Shown piece by piece: positions 36,107 to 38,338 of a stretch of 38,338 nucleotides of DNA (position 1 is the first letter of the stretch; the number at the start of each line of letters is the position of its first letter). The notes beneath the pieces were generated by a model. The model was not told the origin of the DNA and searched no databases. It saw only the letters and a list, made by a program, of their open reading frames with translations. Source of the stretch: a virus. Its lineage: Duplodnaviria; Caudoviricetes. The stretch lies in the IMG/VR virus record IMGVR_UViG_3300034102_001942, positions 1-38,338 of that record; one strand, 5' to 3'. The translations under genes were made by a program, and so were the position numbers.

Positions 36107-36655
36107 ATGCCTAAGATTTCATACTGTGGCAAGTCTGCCGAAGAGAAGTTCATCCCGTTGAACGGGTTGAGCAAGGAACTAAAACGCATCAAGGCCAGTA
36201 AGCGATTTCGCGCTGTCCTGTTGGAGCATCCCGCGACTACTATCAAAGAGACTCACTGGGGCTCATGGCCTACGTTCACGGTCTCTCCGAGACAGAGCCG
36301 GAACACGTTAGGTTCTTACTACCGAGGACAGAGCAAGATTGTCCTCTACCCAACTACCAAGATTGTGAACGGGAAAACGGTAGTCGGTTTTCACCAGTCC
36401 ACGATTATCCACGAACTGGCGCACCACACCGCCTTCAAGCGTAAGGCTGGTACGAACTGGTTTGATAGGGCTCACGGCGCTGGGTTCAACACCGCGTACT
36501 TGGAGTTGACCAAAGCAATCGCTGGGGTTCAGGCTTACAAACTGCTGAAAACCGAGATGGCTGAGTTGAACTTGAAGATGGTCAACGCTGGGGGTAAGCG
36601 CGTCAAAGTCCGAGCGGTCAAGGTGGCGCCTAGCAAAGTGTTAGCCGTTGCCTGA
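36107..36655 (+). CDS. SprT-like zinc metalloprotease
   Basis: LGSY...IIHELAH...HGAGF; basic; SD GGAGGT. Confidence 0.7.
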   Translation: MPKISYCGKSAEEKFIPLNGLSKELKRIKASKRFRAVLLEHPATTIKETHWGSWPTFTVSPRQSRNTLGSYYRGQSKIVLYPTTKIVNGKTVVGFHQSTIIHELAHHTAFKRKAGTNWFDRAHGAGFNTAYLELTKAIAGVQAYKLLKTEMAELNLKMVNAGGKRVKVRAVKVAPSKVLAVA

Positions 36656-36700
36656 CCACTAACAGTGGTGTGGTACGATTGAACCGAAGGGAGGGAAGAC

Positions 36701-36910
36701 ATGAAAATCGCAATCAACAAAAAGCCCGTCACCGCAATAGCCGTCCACCCGAAAACTGGGCAACGGTTTGTTGAGACATTTGAGGTGAACACCGCGTTCA
36801 CAGCAACGGAGGATGAATACGGGAGCATTGAAGTGCGAGTGCGAGAGATGCCTCTGTTTGTGCAGTATTACAGTCCAGACAACTTCGCGCTGGCCTTTAC
36901 GACTGTCTGA
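36701..36910 (+). CDS. Hypothetical protein
   Basis: Box and SD. Confidence 0.65.
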   Translation: MKIAINKKPVTAIAVHPKTGQRFVETFEVNTAFTATEDEYGSIEVRVREMPLFVQYYSPDNFALAFTTV

Positions 36911-36935
36911 CCAAAACAACAAGGGGAGGGAAAAC

Positions 36936-37232
36936 ATGAGCCAAGTATCAGAAACAATCAAGAGCCAAATCGGCATGATGACCATTTTGTCAGTCTCCGG
37001 CGGGCGAGTCCTGCACAGCGAAACTGGGGTAGTCCTGCCAGTGTCCAACGGGTACCAAGTGCGCGTTGAATACGATGCGGGCTGGGATGCCTACACAGTG
37101 ACCCGCGAGTTCAAGCGGGGAGCAAAGATTTTCGTGAAGGGCAGTGTGTCTCAGGTTTACTGCGGTGAACTGGCGGAAGTTGTGTTCCGCGCTGGGATGT
37201 TCCGCTCCTACGAGTTCGGGGAGGTGGCTTGA
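36936..37232 (+). CDS. Phage hypothetical protein
   Basis: TI..QIG......SGG...D.YTV.R...VYC.EL; SD GGGAGG. Confidence 0.65.
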   Translation: MSQVSETIKSQIGMMTILSVSGGRVLHSETGVVLPVSNGYQVRVEYDAGWDAYTVTREFKRGAKIFVKGSVSQVYCGELAEVVFRAGMFRSYEFGEVA

Positions 37233-37477
37233 TGATTACTCCAAACAAAACTGACCCAACATTTCATAGCCGTGTGGATGTTTTCCCCAGTGGCGTGAAC
37301 GCCGAGGGTGTCGCGGTCTTTGATGTTGAACTTGATGGGGCCTTTGTTGGGAAACTGTTTCAGGACGGGTTTGGCTATTGGGTGACTGTGTTGCTCACCG
37401 CTAATGGGGAGATGAAATCGTCTTCACGCCAGTGGGAGTCTGCTGTGTATGGGCTCATCCACTCACACTTGTCCTAA
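37232..37477 (+). CDS. Hypothetical protein
   Basis: TGATG coupling; SD GGAGGT. Confidence 0.55.
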   Translation: MITPNKTDPTFHSRVDVFPSGVNAEGVAVFDVELDGAFVGKLFQDGFGYWVTVLLTANGEMKSSSRQWESAVYGLIHSHLS

Positions 37478-37519
37478 CCACGGTGTGGTACGATTTGATT
37501 GAAAGGGAGGGAGAACATA

Positions 37520-37786
37520 ATGAAAACAGTATTTCTAGCCGAAGTGGAAACACCAAGTTTCCCGTATCTCAGTTACATGGTTGTGGGAACCAGTAAAAAG
37601 AAAGCCCTGAAAACCCTGCAAGAAACATGGGAGTTCAAGGTCGCATGGCTAACCGAACCAAAGGCCGGAGTCCCCGAGTGGTCAACGCTGGTCAAAGACC
37701 GCTTCGTGACTTGCACCGAACTAGAACTCGGTGAGGTCTATGCCACTTGGAACATGGAAGCCCCAACGAAATACTTGGTGCCCTGA
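37520..37786 (+). CDS. Hypothetical protein
   Basis: Box and SD. Confidence 0.6.
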   Translation: MKTVFLAEVETPSFPYLSYMVVGTSKKKALKTLQETWEFKVAWLTEPKAGVPEWSTLVKDRFVTCTELELGEVYATWNMEAPTKYLVP

Positions 37787-37956
37787 TGGCTGGACGAAAA
37801 GTTGAAGGAAGCCTGAAGAGTGGCTGGTGCCTCACAAACTCACACACTGGATGTAAACACGTCTTTCCCCAAAGTGAAGGCGCTTACAGCAACATTGTGT
37901 GCCCCTGCACTTGCCACCCAATCATCAAACAAAAAACCGAAATGAGGAAAAAATGA
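37786..37956 (+). CDS. Small Cys/His protein
   Basis: TGATG coupling; SGWC....H.GC...CPCTCH. Confidence 0.55.
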   Translation: MAGRKVEGSLKSGWCLTNSHTGCKHVFPQSEGAYSNIVCPCTCHPIIKQKTEMRKK

Positions 37957-38204
37957 GTGAAGTCAAAGTTGGAGTACGTTTCCAAAACATGTTTCAAGAC
38001 CAGTTGCTTACTTACGAAGTGAAGAAGTATCTGCAAAACGGTGTTTGGCTGTGTGAGTGTGTCAATGAGCCCCTTGAATACAAGGGTGACACTTTCCCTG
38101 ACCCCATGAACGGTCACGAAGAAGTGTTCTTCACATCCCAAATCTCCTTGAAGTTAGGAGTGTCTTCAACCATGGAGCGAGCCCTGAAAGGTATTGGGCT
38201 GTGA
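37953..38204 (+). CDS. Hypothetical protein
   Basis: ATGA coupling; SD GAGGA. Confidence 0.55.
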   Translation: MSEVKVGVRFQNMFQDQLLTYEVKKYLQNGVWLCECVNEPLEYKGDTFPDPMNGHEEVFFTSQISLKLGVSSTMERALKGIGL

Positions 38205-38338
38205 CCCCTGACAACAGTGGTGTGGTGTTGCTTTACCCACCGACAAGCCCCCCAGTTGAAATAGCGCTGGGGGCTCCTTGTCTGCGTGACCACCCACTCA
38301 TCAAGCAAGCGGTAGAAAGTGGCGAGTACGACTGGGAG
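38201..38338 (+). CDS. Possible CDS running off the window (partial)
   Basis: GTGA coupling; frame open to the end. Confidence 0.35.
   Translation, partial: MTPDNSGVVLLYPPTSPPVEIALGAPCLRDHPLIKQAVESGEYDWE

Larger units (their letters stand above)
35556..37494 (+). promoter_or_regulatory. Four plus-strand copies of the promoter box
   Basis: At 35556-35576, 35770-35790, 36659-36679, 37474-37494; each followed by a GGGAGG SD. Confidence 0.8.

Noticed and set aside
38211-38283. Degenerate promoter box (ACAACAGTGGTGTGGTGTTG) and following GC hairpin
   Set aside because: No TAnnnT hexamer, and both lie within a plausible GTGA-coupled ORF; cannot be resolved at the window edge
1-38338. tRNA, rRNA or IS elements
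   Set aside because: No cloverleaf, rRNA-like or transposase signatures were recognised; intergenic spaces are short and otherwise explained

Overview
This window looks like a segment of a tailed dsDNA phage genome with a probable actinobacterial host (WhiB, actinobacterial-type SSB and lytic transglycosylase, apparent leaderless genes). In order it holds: the end of a tail module (1-1593); recombination/replication genes (Rad52/Sak-like protein, HTH initiator with internal iterons, putative helicase loader, HNH); a double-ParB gene and the terminase genes (5115-8351); accessory and nucleotide genes (WhiB, SSB, beta-helix protein, DUF4406-dNMP kinase fusion, SLT, ABC-ATPase/GNAT); lysis genes; portal; a ~12 kb head-associated block; and a divergently arranged region of small genes (32.2-38.3 kb). 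The standout signal is a short His-rich peptide tag (KHGDPSRPNYxxxHP or KHxxxxHDQxxHG). It occurs 13 times across six genes, each time directly ahead of a cargo region. The carriers include the MuF head protein and the XkdF-type prohead protease. The cargo includes three zincins, two ADP-ribosyltransferase-like domains, a GNAT, a ParB/Srx domain, topoisomerase IB, a zeta-like kinase and a RelA/SpoT-like domain, and several are followed by small partner modules. I infer a protease-processed, capsid-packaged effector polyprotein system. A 21-bp promoter-like box (CTAAC-N5-TGTG[GC]-TAnnnT) occurs 15 times. Several 4-bp palindromes appear to be absent from the window. All family calls come from motif recognition by eye; no searches were run.
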